NCBI GenBank assembly: GCA_964432825.1
Contig: CAYSOX010000007.1
Coordinates: 975 to 64,974, forward strand
Source: an uncultured Lachnospiraceae bacterium
GTDB taxonomy: Bacteria > Bacillota > Clostridia > Christensenellales > UBA1242
Direction: 5' to 3'
DNA length: 64,000 bases
Shown here: piece by piece, positions 52,514 through 63,686 of the stretch
Numbering within the stretch: the first letter of the stretch is position 1
Layout: each line of letters begins with the position of its first letter
Translations under genes and position numbers: made by a program
The notes under the pieces: generated by a model
The model's input: the letters and a program-made list of their open reading frames with translations, nothing else
The model's database searches: none
Told to the model about the DNA's origin: nothing

Positions 52514-53823
52514 TATAATACATATTTTTTAAGATTAAAGGACTTCAATGTATGACTTAAATTCTTTTCGATATATTCTTTATCAATCTTTACATTAATC
52601 ATTGGATGATTGCCATCGGCGTTGTATGAAATGTCTTCCAAAAGTTTTTCTAGCACATTGTGTAATCTTCTAGCCCCTATGTTTTCACTGGTTTCATTTT
52701 CTAGTTCGGCTATTCTTGAAATTTCATCAATAGCATCCGCGGTGAACTCTAAATTGATATTATCAACTTTTAAAAGTGCTTTATATTGCTTGATTAATGA
52801 ATTTTCAGTATTGTTTAAAATATCTGCAAAATCTTCCTTCTTTAAACTATTAAGTTCTACAAGTACTGGGAAACGACCTTGCAACTCAGGAATTAAATCT
52901 TCAACCTTTGCAACATGGAATGCTCCCGCTGCGATGAATAGTATATAATCCGTTTTAACTGGGCCGTATTTTGTTGAAACCGTGCAACCTTCAACAATTG
53001 GCAAAATATCCCTTTGAACACCCTCTCTTGAAACATCAGGCCCCGAAGAATTTCCGCCCTTACCCGTAATTTTATCTATTTCATCAATAAATATAATACC
53101 GCTTTGCTCGGCACGACGAACGGCTTCAGACTGAACAGCATCCATATCAATCAACTTTTCACTTTCTTCTTGAATGATTATCTCTCGGGCTTCACGAACA
53201 GTCTTTTTAGTCTTTTTCTTACGGCCACCACCAAGCATATTATCAAACATTTCAGATATATTTATATCCATACCCATATTTGAAAGCACATTTATTTGCT
53301 TTGGCATTTCGGTCATATCAATTTCTACAATATTTTCGGCAAACTTTCCATCCTTTAAGCCGTCTACAATTTGGTCTTCGGTTAGTTCTACACCGACTTC
53401 ATTGGTTGTGTGTTGGTCTTTTAATAATTTAGACAATTTTTCAATTGCTATCTTTTCACTCTTTTCGCGAACCTCGGTAAATCGTTCTTTTTTAACCAAA
53501 TGTAAACTAGCCTCAACCAAGTCTCTTACCATACTTTCGACATCTCTTCCAACATATCCAACTTCGGTAAACTTTGTGGCTTCGACCTTTACAAATGGTG
53601 CGTTTACAAGTTTACTAAGTCTTCGTGCAATTTCTGTTTTACCAACACCAGTTGGACCCTTCATTATAATATTTTTTGGGGTAACTTCATCTTTTAAACT
53701 TTCATCAAGTTTGCTTCTTCTGTATCTATTTCTAAGGGCAATAGCAACTGCTTTTTTTGCTTCTGTTTGCCCAATAATATACTTATCTAATTCACTTACA
53801 ATATCCTTTGGTGATAGTTCCAT
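52513..53823 (-). CDS. hslU: ATP-dependent protease ATPase subunit HslU
   Basis: N-terminus PKDIVSELDKYIIGQTEAKKAVAIALRNRYRR. Walker A GPTGVGKTEIARRL. Confidence 0.95.
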   Translation of the reverse strand: MELSPKDIVSELDKYIIGQTEAKKAVAIALRNRYRRSKLDESLKDEVTPKNIIMKGPTGVGKTEIARRLSKLVNAPFVKVEATKFTEVGYVGRDVESMVRDLVEASLHLVKKERFTEVREKSEKIAIEKLSKLLKDQHTTNEVGVELTEDQIVDGLKDGKFAENIVEIDMTEMPKQINVLSNMGMDINISEMFDNMLGGGRKKKTKKTVREAREIIIQEESEKLIDMDAVQSEAVRRAEQSGIIFIDEIDKITGKGGNSSGPDVSREGVQRDILPIVEGCTVSTKYGPVKTDYILFIAAGAFHVAKVEDLIPELQGRFPVLVELNSLKKEDFADILNNTENSLIKQYKALLKVDNINLEFTADAIDEISRIAELENETSENIGARRLHNVLEKLLEDISYNADGNHPMINVKIDKEYIEKNLSHTLKSFNLKKYVL

Positions 53824-53825
53824 TT

Positions 53826-54362
53826 TTAAACCTCCTCAACTGTTATATGTCCATTTGTGAAAACACACATACTTCCTGCAATTTCTATTGCCTTAACAGC
53901 AATTTCCCTGCTAGAAAGTGTGGTATTTTCAAGTAGGGCTAGTGCTGCAGCCTTGGCATAAGGTCCGCCCGAACCAATTTCTATAACATCATTTTCGGGT
54001 TCAATTACATCACCAACACCCGTCAATAAAAACATATTTTCTTTATCCGCAACAATCATTTGTGCTTCTAATTTTCGAAGTGCATCATTTCCTCTCCACA
54101 TCTGAGCGAGTTCTACGGCTGCACGCATCAAATTCCCGCTATACTTTTTGAGCATTTTTTCGAATTTTTCGGTCAATGTAAAAGCATCGGCGGTTGAACC
54201 GGCAAATCCGACTACTACTTTGTCTTCATAAATTCGTCTAACCTTAACGGCATTAGACTTGACCACATATCTTTCACCTGCGGTGACTTGACCATCGCCC
54301 GCAAGTACAATTTTGCCATCTCTTTTGACGGCTATAATAGTTGTTCCTCTAAGTTCCATCAT
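53826..54362 (-). CDS. hslV: ATP-dependent protease subunit HslV
   Basis: N-terminal [21 protein letters not shown] with catalytic Thr. GSGGPYA motif. Confidence 0.93.
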   Translation of the reverse strand: MMELRGTTIIAVKRDGKIVLAGDGQVTAGERYVVKSNAVKVRRIYEDKVVVGFAGSTADAFTLTEKFEKMLKKYSGNLMRAAVELAQMWRGNDALRKLEAQMIVADKENMFLLTGVGDVIEPENDVIEIGSGGPYAKAAALALLENTTLSSREIAVKAIEIAGSMCVFTNGHITVEEV

Positions 54363-55690
54363 TTTTCTAATATCTCCTTTAATTTCTCTATTTCTGCCAT
54401 AGACCTATCAAATATTGCTTGGCGTTTTGATTGCTTATCCTTAAACTTTCCATCAATTGTTGCTATTATTCCAAAGTTTGAATTCATTGGCTGAAAAGAT
54501 TCTTGATTTGCAGGGTTTGAAATGAATCCCGCAATTGCACCTAACATTGTATTATTACTAAGTGTAAAAGTTGTGTTTTTTAACCTCAAAATTATAGAAA
54601 TTGCGGTCATTAGCCCACTAGCAGTACTTTCTACATATCCTTCTACACCGCTTAATTGCCCCGCTATATAAATATTTTTATTTTTTCTTAAACTAAAATC
54701 TCTATTTAAATTTTTGGGTGCATTGATAAATGAATTTCTATGCATTACACCGTATTTTATAAACTCGGCATTTTTGAGTGCTGGGATAAGTGAAAAAACT
54801 CGTTTTTGTTCGCCAAACTTAAGATTTGTCTGAAAGCCGACCAAATTATATGTCTCTTCTTCGGTATTTTCTTTTCGAAGTTGAAGAACAGCATACGGCT
54901 TTACACCTAATGGGTTGATATTTAACCCTACCGGTTTCATTGGTCCAAAGCGAAGCGAATCCTCGCCCCTCCTTGCCATAACCTCAATTGGCATACAGCC
55001 CTCAAAAATTTCACCCTTTTCAAAATCGTGCAAGGTTACAACCTCGGCATTTATTAGTTCATGAACAAAATTTAAATATTCCTCACGATTTAAAACAGCA
55101 TTTAAATAATCTCCCTCGCCAATATTTGAATATCTATCCTGTTTAAAACATTTTGAATAGTCTAACCCTTCCGAACTAACAATTGGTGCAGAAGCATCAA
55201 AAAAATGCAAAGATTCCTCACCTAAAATATTTTGAATTGTCTGTGAAAGCGAATCACTTGTAAGCGGTCCGGTTGCCACAACCCAAAAATCTTTGGTATT
55301 TTCATCTAAAGATGTAATTTCATCTTCAAAAAGCGTAATATTTGGATGGTTTTTTATAATTTCTGAAACGCGTGCACTAAACTTTTCACGGTCAACAGCA
55401 AGTGCCCCACCCGCCGGAACACGAGTTTCTCTTGCAACACGCAAAATCATCGACCCTAATTTATCCATTTCGGCTTTTAATAGCCCCGAAGATGTTAGCG
55501 GGTCTTCATTTTTTAATGAATTGGAGCAGACTATTTCGGCTAGGTTTTTGCTTTTATGTGCAGGAGAAAACTTTTTGGGTTTCATTTCATAAAGATTTAC
55601 ATGAACACCAAAATTTGCAAGAAAGTATGCACACTCACATCCTGCAAGCCCTCCACCTATTATATTAACCGTCGTTTTGAACACTTTCAT
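54359..55690 (-). CDS. trmFO: methylenetetrahydrofolate--tRNA-(uracil-5-)-methyltransferase TrmFO
   Basis: FAD-binding GGGLAGCE. Gid/TrmFO sequence. topA-trmFO-hslVU synteny. Confidence 0.92.
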   Translation of the reverse strand: MKVFKTTVNIIGGGLAGCECAYFLANFGVHVNLYEMKPKKFSPAHKSKNLAEIVCSNSLKNEDPLTSSGLLKAEMDKLGSMILRVARETRVPAGGALAVDREKFSARVSEIIKNHPNITLFEDEITSLDENTKDFWVVATGPLTSDSLSQTIQNILGEESLHFFDASAPIVSSEGLDYSKCFKQDRYSNIGEGDYLNAVLNREEYLNFVHELINAEVVTLHDFEKGEIFEGCMPIEVMARRGEDSLRFGPMKPVGLNINPLGVKPYAVLQLRKENTEEETYNLVGFQTNLKFGEQKRVFSLIPALKNAEFIKYGVMHRNSFINAPKNLNRDFSLRKNKNIYIAGQLSGVEGYVESTASGLMTAISIILRLKNTTFTLSNNTMLGAIAGFISNPANQESFQPMNSNFGIIATIDGKFKDKQSKRQAIFDRSMAEIEKLKEILEK

Positions 55691-57782
55691 CTTTTCCTTT
55701 TTCTATTTTTGTTTGATAATCACACTTTGTACATTTTATTAATTTATATCCCGTGTATTCTTTTTCTATCATCATTTCATTGCACTTTGGACACTTTTCC
55801 TTGCTTGGCAAATCCCAACTTGCAAAATCACATTTTGGATAATTTTTGCAACCGAAAAAGATATTCCCCTTGCGTGACTTCTTCTTTAATAATTCCCCTC
55901 CGCACTTAGGACAACTTCCTACGACTTCTTCATTCACTATATTTTTAGTATTTTTACATTCGGGATAATTTGGACAAGCCAAAAACTTTCCAAATCTGCC
56001 CATTTTATAAATCATTTTTGCACCACACTTGTCGCAGATAACATCGCTTTCTTCAACCTCAAGTTCCACCTTGTCACGGTCTTTGTAAGCACTCATAAGT
56101 TCTGTAAAGAAATTTTTATAAAAATCTTTAATTACATCTTGCCAAACTTGACCGCCCTCTTCGATTGTATCAAGCCTATTTTCCATATCGGCAGTAAATC
56201 CAACATCCATAATATCGCTAAAATACTTAAGTAGTAAATCAACAACCGTTCTACCGAGTTCGGTAGAAATTATATACTTGCCGTCTTTTTGCAAATACAA
56301 TCTTGAAAGAAGCGTGTTGACGGTTGGCGAATAAGTTGCCGGACGACCAATTCCCTTTTCTTCCATTGCTTTTACAAGGCTAGACTCTGTGTATCTTGCT
56401 GGAGGTTTCGTAAATTTTTGCTCGGGCTTTAACTCTTTGTTTTCTAATTTTTCGCCCTCTTCAACTTGAGGAATTTTGCTATTGCTTTCATTTTCAGAAT
56501 CTTCATTTACGACAGCATTGTTATATAGAACGGTAAAACCATCGAAAATCATAGTTTTACCAACAGCTTTGAAGATTTTTTCCGAACCTACCGCCTCAAT
56601 ATCTACATTTACGCTATCATATCTTGCTTCAGACATTTGGCTTGCAAGAAATCTATCATAAATAAGTTTATACAATTTATATAATTGTGGGTCAATCACA
56701 CCCTTTAAGTCCTCGGGTCTTCTTTCTAGTGTGATAGGTCTTATCGCTTCGTGGGCATCTTGAATGTTCTTTTTACCCTTATATATATTTGGAGTTTTAG
56801 GGCAATATTGCTCGCCGTATTTATCAATTATATACGCCTTTGCTTTTGCCTGTGCCTCTTCTGAAACTCGGACGGAGTCCGTTCTTATGTATGTTATAAG
56901 TGCAACCTTACCCTCACCCGGAATGGTTACGCCTTCATAAAGATTTTGCGCAAGCGAAGATGTTTGTTTTAATGTAAAACCAAGTTTGCTTTGAGCATCT
57001 TGTTGCATTGACGAAGTTGTAAAAGGTGCAGACGGATGAGACTTACTTTCCGCTTTTTTGACGCCAACAACTTTATATTCTCTATTTTTAAGGTCGGATA
57101 AAATTTCATCCATTTCTTCCTTTGACCTTATTTTTTCATTCTTTTTAAGTGACAAATTTGCTTTTATTGGTTCGCTTCCACCAATTTTCAAAAATGTAGC
57201 CTGAAGTGTCCAATACTCTTCTGGTTGGAAATTTTCAATTTCGCGGTCTTTATCCACCACAAGTCTTAATGTTACCGACTGAACTCTTCCAGCACTTAAA
57301 TTTTGACCGCCTTGAATTTTGTTGGTCACAAAAGGAGACAATTTATACCCCACTAGTCTGTCTAGAACACGCCTTGCTTGTTGGGCATCAACCAAATTTT
57401 CATTGATTGTTCTAGGCTTTGTTAATGCGGTATTAATTGCCGTTTTTGAAATTTCATTAAATTCAATTCTTGCTTTTTCACTTTTCTTTATACCTAAGCA
57501 ATGTGCAAGATGCCATGCAATAGCCTCACCTTCGCGGTCAGGGTCAGTTGCAATATATACGCATTCGCTCTTTTTGGCTTCGGCTTTTAATTGGTCTATT
57601 AATTTCTTTTTGTCGGGCATTATTTGATAGTCGGGCTTAAAATTTTGCTCAACATCAACCCCTAAGGTTCTAACAGGCAAATCCCGAACATGACCTTTGG
57701 TTGCAATTACTTTATATCCATTTCCTAAATATTTTGATACAGTTTCTTGTTTACCTGAACTTTCTATTAATACTAACTTCAT
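55665..57782 (-). CDS. topA: DNA topoisomerase I
   Basis: TOPRIM N-terminus (LVLIESSGKQETV). Active-site region. Three C-terminal CxxC zinc ribbons. Confidence 0.95.
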   Translation of the reverse strand: MKLVLIESSGKQETVSKYLGNGYKVIATKGHVRDLPVRTLGVDVEQNFKPDYQIMPDKKKLIDQLKAEAKKSECVYIATDPDREGEAIAWHLAHCLGIKKSEKARIEFNEISKTAINTALTKPRTINENLVDAQQARRVLDRLVGYKLSPFVTNKIQGGQNLSAGRVQSVTLRLVVDKDREIENFQPEEYWTLQATFLKIGGSEPIKANLSLKKNEKIRSKEEMDEILSDLKNREYKVVGVKKAESKSHPSAPFTTSSMQQDAQSKLGFTLKQTSSLAQNLYEGVTIPGEGKVALITYIRTDSVRVSEEAQAKAKAYIIDKYGEQYCPKTPNIYKGKKNIQDAHEAIRPITLERRPEDLKGVIDPQLYKLYKLIYDRFLASQMSEARYDSVNVDIEAVGSEKIFKAVGKTMIFDGFTVLYNNAVVNEDSENESNSKIPQVEEGEKLENKELKPEQKFTKPPARYTESSLVKAMEEKGIGRPATYSPTVNTLLSRLYLQKDGKYIISTELGRTVVDLLLKYFSDIMDVGFTADMENRLDTIEEGGQVWQDVIKDFYKNFFTELMSAYKDRDKVELEVEESDVICDKCGAKMIYKMGRFGKFLACPNYPECKNTKNIVNEEVVGSCPKCGGELLKKKSRKGNIFFGCKNYPKCDFASWDLPSKEKCPKCNEMMIEKEYTGYKLIKCTKCDYQTKIEKGKDESVQNDG

Positions 57783-58876
57783 TATTTCACTCCGTAATAA
57801 TTTCCAGATTGGCTTTTTATTATACCTAATATTTCCATATCGGTCAATAAAACATTTAATTCCCTTGGCGACATATTTAACTTTTGGGCTAGGTCGTCAA
57901 AGTGCATATCTTCCACCCTCAGCAAATCATACACTAATTGTTGTGCCATTGTCAACTGAACAATTTGATTTTCTGTTAGATTTTTATTTGCACAAGACTC
58001 CACCCCTAAACTGTTTAATATATTTTTAGGGTCTATAACTATAGAATGTGGGATTTCATAAATTAAACGATTACTGCCTTTACTTTGAACACTTGTTAAA
58101 TTCCCCGGAACTACAAACAACTCTTTCCCTTGATTTAACGCAGTTTCGGCGGTTATTAGAGAACCCGAACGCTCGCCTGCTTCTATTATCAAAACTCCGT
58201 CACTTAACCCGCTTATTAATCGGTTCCTTTCGGGGAAAGTGTATTGAGTTGGGCTTTGGAATGGTTTATATTCACTAATTATTAAACCGCCCGTCTCGAC
58301 AATATCTTTTGCAAGTGAGGTGTTTGTGCTTGGGTAAATTTTAGCAATTCCGCCACCTAATACTGCTATAGTTAAACCATTGTTTTTAAGTGTTGTATTT
58401 GCGACTACGCTATCGATTCCGTAAGCAAGCCCCGACACCGTTACCACCGAAGATTTTACAACTTCACTCACAAAAGCCTCGCAAATATCCCTACCATAAC
58501 TTGATGGTTTTCGCGTGCCTACCACCCCTAAAATATGTGGGCTGGATGCAATTGATAAATCTCCTTTGTAATAAATGATAACTGGAGAATCGGGAATTTC
58601 TTTTAATTTTTGCGGGAAATTGTCGTCCTTTTGTGTTACAAAATTTATTCCTAATTTATCTAACTCGGCTAATATTTCATCCACCCGCTCTTCATTCAAA
58701 TTTTCTTTTAAATTTCTATATGCGGATTGACCTAAAGCAGAATCTATCAATTCTTTCTTTTTATCCAAATCTGTTTGAATATCGGATAAATTTTCAAAAA
58801 TATTTTCAATTTTCTTTATCTTTGCTTTTGAGTAGCCTAAATAATCCAAGCATAATATAACATTACTTTCTTGCAT
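57782..58876 (-). CDS. dprA: DNA processing protein DprA (Smf)
   Basis: Rossmann-like core SGLAYGIDSVVANTTL...GGLIISEY. C-terminal winged helix. Confidence 0.9.
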   Translation of the reverse strand: MQESNVILCLDYLGYSKAKIKKIENIFENLSDIQTDLDKKKELIDSALGQSAYRNLKENLNEERVDEILAELDKLGINFVTQKDDNFPQKLKEIPDSPVIIYYKGDLSIASSPHILGVVGTRKPSSYGRDICEAFVSEVVKSSVVTVSGLAYGIDSVVANTTLKNNGLTIAVLGGGIAKIYPSTNTSLAKDIVETGGLIISEYKPFQSPTQYTFPERNRLISGLSDGVLIIEAGERSGSLITAETALNQGKELFVVPGNLTSVQSKGSNRLIYEIPHSIVIDPKNILNSLGVESCANKNLTENQIVQLTMAQQLVYDLLRVEDMHFDDLAQKLNMSPRELNVLLTDMEILGIIKSQSGNYYGVK

Positions 58877-58883
58877 TTTTCAC

Positions 58884-60407
58884 CTATAATTCGTATTTTT
58901 CTATCGTTCTGTAACTTATTGCCTCTGTTAAATGTCTAATTTGAATATTTTCTTCACCATCTAAATCGGCAATTGTTCGGGCGACTTTTAAAATTCTTGT
59001 ATATGCACGCGCCGAAAGTTTATACTTATCAAATGCACATTTTAAAAGGACTTCCGCATCTTGCCCAATTTTACAAAATTCCTTTATTTGTGCGGAATTC
59101 ATCTTTGCATTTGTGTGAATTTTGGTACCCATATATCGTTTTCGCTGAATTTCTCGGGCTTTGTTTATTCGCTCTTTAACAACGGCACTACTCTCCTCAA
59201 CACTTGTACTTGTAAGGTCATAAAAATCGACGCGGTCAACATCAATTTTTAAATCTATTCTATCAAGAAGTGGACCCGAAAGTTTTTTAAGATATTTATC
59301 AATCTGTGCCGGGCTACATTTACACTCCAATGTTCTTGAGCCAAAATTTCCACATGGACACGGATTCATACTTGCTATCATCATAAAATTTGCAGGATAT
59401 TGAACGGTTAGACTTGCACGGCTAACGGTTATGTATCCATCCTCTAAAGGCTGTCTTAATGTTTCAAGTAAATTTTTGCTAAACTCGGGCATTTCATCCA
59501 AAAACAAAACACCGTTGTGGGCAAGACTGATTTCACCCGGTCTTGCATTTTTACCTCCACCAGTTAGTGCTACGGGAGTTGCTGAATGGTGTGGTGCTCT
59601 ATACGGTCTGGAGGTTACAACTCCAAGGTTTTTATCCAAAACACCGGCAATGCTATGAATTTTGGTGATTTCTAAAGCCTCTTCAAATGTTAAATCCGGA
59701 AGAATAGACGGAACACATTTTGCAAGCATAGTTTTGCCCGAACCCGGAGCACCTACAAGCATTATATTATGACCGCCCGCTACGGCAATTTCTAGTGCTC
59801 TTTTTGCTTTGAACTGCCCTTTAACTCGGCTTAAATCTTCAGCATATGAAATGTTGTCCTTTGCCCAAATCTTAGGACTTACCGGCATTACCTGAATTTC
59901 TTCCTTTAAAAATTTTACAACTCCCTCCAAATCTTCAAACGCATATGCCTCCACCCCTTCAAGGTAGCACGCCTCAGCCTCATTACTCTTTGGGATAATA
60001 AACTTTTTGTAGCCTTGTTCTACCGCCGAAATTAATAACGGAAGCATTCCATTGATTGGTCGCAATTTGCCGTCTAGCGACAATTCACCCACTATTACAT
60101 ATCCTTCATAATTTTGGTTGTGGATATAACCGCCCGCCTGCAAAATTCCGATTGCTATTGCAAGGTCAAATAATGACCCTTCTTTTTTTACATCCGCAGG
60201 TGCAAGATTTATAACCGTTTTTTTTGTTGGCATATAAAAGCCTGAATTATATACCGCTGACGAAACTCTTTCTAGTGATTCTTTAACGGTAGAATCGGGA
60301 AGCCCAACGACAATCGTACTTGGATGCCCCTTTCCTAAATCAACCTCGACATCTATTTTTACACCCGTTAAACCAATAAGTGTAAAACTTTTTACTTTGC
60401 TTAACAT
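58884..60407 (-). CDS. comM: YifB/ComM family Mg-chelatase-like ATPase
   Basis: Lon-like N-domain. AAA+ Walker A GAPGSGKTMLAK. Cys cluster CPCGNFGS...CKC. Start likely MLSKVKS. Confidence 0.9.
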   Translation of the reverse strand: MLSKVKSFTLIGLTGVKIDVEVDLGKGHPSTIVVGLPDSTVKESLERVSSAVYNSGFYMPTKKTVINLAPADVKKEGSLFDLAIAIGILQAGGYIHNQNYEGYVIVGELSLDGKLRPINGMLPLLISAVEQGYKKFIIPKSNEAEACYLEGVEAYAFEDLEGVVKFLKEEIQVMPVSPKIWAKDNISYAEDLSRVKGQFKAKRALEIAVAGGHNIMLVGAPGSGKTMLAKCVPSILPDLTFEEALEITKIHSIAGVLDKNLGVVTSRPYRAPHHSATPVALTGGGKNARPGEISLAHNGVLFLDEMPEFSKNLLETLRQPLEDGYITVSRASLTVQYPANFMMIASMNPCPCGNFGSRTLECKCSPAQIDKYLKKLSGPLLDRIDLKIDVDRVDFYDLTSTSVEESSAVVKERINKAREIQRKRYMGTKIHTNAKMNSAQIKEFCKIGQDAEVLLKCAFDKYKLSARAYTRILKVARTIADLDGEENIQIRHLTEAISYRTIEKYEL

Positions 60408-60697
60408 AAACATACCCTCTCATTTTATTTCATAATTAATTATAAAACACAATAGAAAATAAAACAACAAAATTTTCTAAGATTTCAATTTGAATTAAAG
60501 TGAAAATTTTAGGTGCTTATATTTGTTGGTTTGAAATTTATGGTTTTTTGAAGAGGTTTTTAAACTTTTTAAAAAAGTCAATGATTTATTGATAAATTGG
60601 AGAGAATGTTTATTTTTTGAGGAGAGTGATTTTTTGGGGGTAATTAAAACAAAACATTTGTGAGTTTTATAAAAGTTATTGGATATTTATAAAAAAA

Positions 60698-60900
60698 TTG
60701 AATGCGTTGATTTTATAGGTTTTTGTAAAAAATTTGAGAGAGTTGAATTTTATAGGCTTTTGCAAAAATTTGAAGGAGTAATTTTATAGATTATTGTAAA
60801 AAATTTTGAAAGGGTTGAATTTTATAGGCTTTTGCAAAAATTTGAAGGAGTTAATTTTATAGATTATTGTAAAAAATTTGAGAGGGCTAAATTTTAAGCT
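60698..60900. repeat. about 39-bp degenerate tandem array (about 6 units, 78-bp higher-order repeat)
   Basis: ttgaattttataggcttttgcaaaaatttgaaggag alternates with taattttatagattattgtaaaaaattttgaaaggg. Located between rplS and comM. Confidence 0.8.
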
Positions 60901-61009
60901 AGAACATTTTGGGTTTTGTTGATATGAACCCGAAAGAAAAAATTTACATAAAAAAATCTTACCTAAAATTGCTTTTAGATAAGACTTTTTATGAAAGGTA
61001 TATTAAAAA

Positions 61010-61381
61010 CTATTCAGTAACAGTGGTGTTTTTGTTTTCAAATCTTTGTTCAAGCTTTGCAGCCTTACCAGACCTGTCACGAAGATAGTATAATTTTGCT
61101 CTTCTTACTTTACCATGTCTTAAAACATCAATATGGTCAATTTTTGTAGAATGCAATGGGAATGTTCTTTCTACACCAACACCATAAGATACATTTCTTA
61201 CAGTAAAGGTTTCACGGATTCCGCCATTCTTACGAGCGATTACCACACCTTCAAATCCTTGTAATCTTTCACGATTACCTTCAACTACCTTAACGAAAAC
61301 CTTAACGGTATCTCCAATAGCGAATTCAGGAAGATCAGTGCGCATACCTTCTTTTTCAATTACATCGATGATATTGCTCAT
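61010..61381 (-). CDS. rplS: 50S ribosomal protein L19
   Basis: Canonical L19 sequence ([35 protein letters not shown]). Confidence 0.95.
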   Translation of the reverse strand: MSNIIDVIEKEGMRTDLPEFAIGDTVKVFVKVVEGNRERLQGFEGVVIARKNGGIRETFTVRNVSYGVGVERTFPLHSTKIDHIDVLRHGKVRRAKLYYLRDRSGKAAKLEQRFENKNTTVTE

Positions 61382-61464
61382 TTGATTTCTCCTTTTAAAA
61401 AATTAGTATGTCCAAAGTGTTCATACGGCTCTTTCGTAGCGGACCACTCGTTTTACCTTATAGA

Positions 61465-61493
61465 ATAATAACATATATTTATTTATTTTTCAA
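61465..61493 (-). promoter_or_regulatory. extended -10 promoter of rplS followed by an about 80-nt GC-enriched leader
   Basis: On the minus strand: TTGAAA (61493-61488), 17-nt spacer ending in TGt, TATTAT (61470-61465). The leader gagtggtccgctacgaaagagccg may be an L19-type autoregulatory leader. Confidence 0.45.
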
Positions 61494-61603
61494 GCGTTTT
61501 TTGAAAATATTTTGAAAAAGTTTAAATTTATTCATTTTGTTTATTTTGCAAATAATTTTTATAAAAATTTTGATTATAAAAAGTTAAAATCAGATTTTTA
61601 CGA

Positions 61604-62626
61604 CTAAAACTCATCACCTACACCGAATTTTCGGGCTTTTTTATAGATGGCACCTTGACTTTTTGTTATTTTTATATTTTTTACTCCAAAGTCTTTGGTA
61701 CAGCAACACAAATCTACTTGACCTTTTTTATATTCCGGACGGCGAATTACAATATTTTGTGCTGAAATATTATCGAAATTCCCCTTTTTCATTATAATAT
61801 ATATAAAATTCTCGTCCTCATATGATTTTTCCGCCGATTTTACAAACTGGTCAAATCTTGGTCGTTGAATGCGGGTTCTAAACTCGCAAAAATCATTTTT
61901 AAGTGGGCAAATTAAACTTTTACATGGAGAAATAATTTTTGCACCAAGCGACAATAAAATATCTTTATATTTCATTATCCTATTAAAACCAAACATTGAA
62001 CCCGCCTCAATTATTAGCATATAATTGTTTGATAATTCGTACATTAATTTTAAAGTTTTTTCAATTTTTTCGTCGGGTAATTCATTTAAAACATAATTTG
62101 CCATTACCAAATTATAACTTATATTTTTCATCTGCAAATTGGTCAGGTCCTGTTTTATAATTTTACTGTTTAAATTTTCACAAAGATTTTGTGTTTTTTC
62201 TAAAATTTCAATCATAGCATTGCTATTTTCAACCATCTGAACTTCGGCACTTTCCATGGCTTCGCTCAAAGAAATTAACCCCGCCCCCGTTCCAGCCCCA
62301 AGGTCTAGAACACTTTTAATTTCCTCAAGATGTAATTTTTTTAAACAAAAAGATATAGCACCAATCGTTGCAGGCATTCGACCAACAACATACGCTTTGG
62401 CTTCGTCTTTAGTTTTTAAGGACACTCCACCCTTTCCACTATTGTTTTTGTACCTATCGCTAAATGATTGAAATGCCTGCTTTTTATTTTGTAACTTGTC
62501 AAACTCTATTAATTCAATTAATTTATCAATTTTTTCCATATAAACCCTATTTAAAATAACTGTAACAACTAATATTTTTTGGCTTTTAGTGTAAGTTATT
62601 ATCCGTTGACTTTCATTAAAAAGCAT
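61604..62626 (-). CDS. class I SAM-dependent methyltransferase (Rsm22-like?)
   Basis: SAM motif VLDLGAGTGAG. C-terminal Cys-rich segment SPCKSLICPLKNDFC. An alternative start ATG 62542 (MEKIDKL) would remove the overlap with yraN. Confidence 0.65.
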   Translation of the reverse strand: MLFNESQRIITYTKSQKILVVTVILNRVYMEKIDKLIELIEFDKLQNKKQAFQSFSDRYKNNSGKGGVSLKTKDEAKAYVVGRMPATIGAISFCLKKLHLEEIKSVLDLGAGTGAGLISLSEAMESAEVQMVENSNAMIEILEKTQNLCENLNSKIIKQDLTNLQMKNISYNLVMANYVLNELPDEKIEKTLKLMYELSNNYMLIIEAGSMFGFNRIMKYKDILLSLGAKIISPCKSLICPLKNDFCEFRTRIQRPRFDQFVKSAEKSYEDENFIYIIMKKGNFDNISAQNIVIRRPEYKKGQVDLCCCTKDFGVKNIKITKSQGAIYKKARKFGVGDEF

Positions 62627-63023
62627 TTTTAAAGTGATTTTTTACCGAAACATCCACAACTTCAATTATATCATAACGAATTTGATAATTTTGCAAGTGA
62701 TTTTTTTCAATAAATTCAAATGCAGTTTTGTAATATCGTTTTTGTTTTTCTTTATCGACCGCTTCATAAGGGTTGCCATACAAAACATCTTTTCGAGTTT
62801 TTACCTCAACAAAAACCAAAATATCTTCTTTTTTCATTTCATCACTCATTCGCTTATAATCTTCATCACATTTTCTTGCACTTTTGGTTTCTATTGCTAT
62901 GATATCAATTTCTCCCGAACGCGTAGTAAAATTTCGAGCAATAACTTTATATTTTCGTTTTTTTAAATATTTTACCGCCAAATCTTCACCGAAATTACCA
63001 TATTCCTTTTTTGGAGAAATCAT
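62616..63023 (-). CDS. yraN: YraN family (UPF0102) endonuclease-like protein
   Basis: GEDLAVKYLKKRKYKVIARNF...GEIDIIA...LVFVEVKTR pattern, with an about 25-aa insertion. rnhB-yraN synteny. Confidence 0.8.
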   Translation of the reverse strand: MISPKKEYGNFGEDLAVKYLKKRKYKVIARNFTTRSGEIDIIAIETKSARKCDEDYKRMSDEMKKEDILVFVEVKTRKDVLYGNPYEAVDKEKQKRYYKTAFEFIEKNHLQNYQIRYDIIEVVDVSVKNHFKNAF

Positions 63024-63647
63024 CTATGCCTCCTGAATAAAATTTTTAATAAACGACCGCCTATGCATTTTTGTTGCACCAAACTCTTTGAGTGCTTTTA
63101 TATGTTCGGCTGTTCCGTAGCCTTTATTTTTCTTAAAATTATATTGCGGAAACTCCTCATCGAGTTTAACCATCAATCGGTCTCGGTAAACTTTGGCTAA
63201 AATACTTGCACATGCAATATTATAACTTTTTGCATCGCCCTTTATGATTGGCACTTGTTTTATTTTAGGGTTTAGCCCATCAAGTTTGACCGCATCAACC
63301 AGCAATGTTTCGGGCTGAATAGTTAAACCCTCAACCGCCTTAACCATACAATTTTTGGTCGCATTTAAAATATTGATTTCGTCAATCGTTTTTTCATCAA
63401 CCTCTGCAATATTAAAACAAATCGCTTTTTCTTTTATAATGTCAAAAAGCCTTTCCCTAGTTTTTTCGGTTAACTTTTTACTATCATTAACACCCTCAAT
63501 CAATTCATCAAGTGGCATAATGCAACTTGCACAAACCACCGGACCGGCTAATGGACCCCTGCCCACTTCGTCCACACCAGCAATTAATTTTACACCATTT
63601 GCTATTTCAATATTTTCAAATTCAAGCAATTCTTTTGGGTCTTTCAT
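63024..63647 (-). CDS. rnhB: ribonuclease HII
   Basis: GVDEVGRGPLAGPVV catalytic motif. Confidence 0.93.
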   Translation of the reverse strand: MKDPKELLEFENIEIANGVKLIAGVDEVGRGPLAGPVVCASCIMPLDELIEGVNDSKKLTEKTRERLFDIIKEKAICFNIAEVDEKTIDEINILNATKNCMVKAVEGLTIQPETLLVDAVKLDGLNPKIKQVPIIKGDAKSYNIACASILAKVYRDRLMVKLDEEFPQYNFKKNKGYGTAEHIKALKEFGATKMHRRSFIKNFIQEA

Positions 63648-63686
63648 TTTATTCTCCTTAAAATTAACATTTTATGTTTATTAAAA

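Noticed and set aside
53174-53860. 228-aa plus-strand ORF, and many similar ones: 25392-25940, 34254-34715, 16097-16459, 16520-16867, 49721-50252, 57319-58029, 62634-62966, 63355-63684 and others.
   Set aside because: They lie entirely antisense to strongly supported conserved genes, have low-complexity Ser/Phe/Ile-rich translations typical of shadow frames in AT-rich DNA, and lack RBSs.
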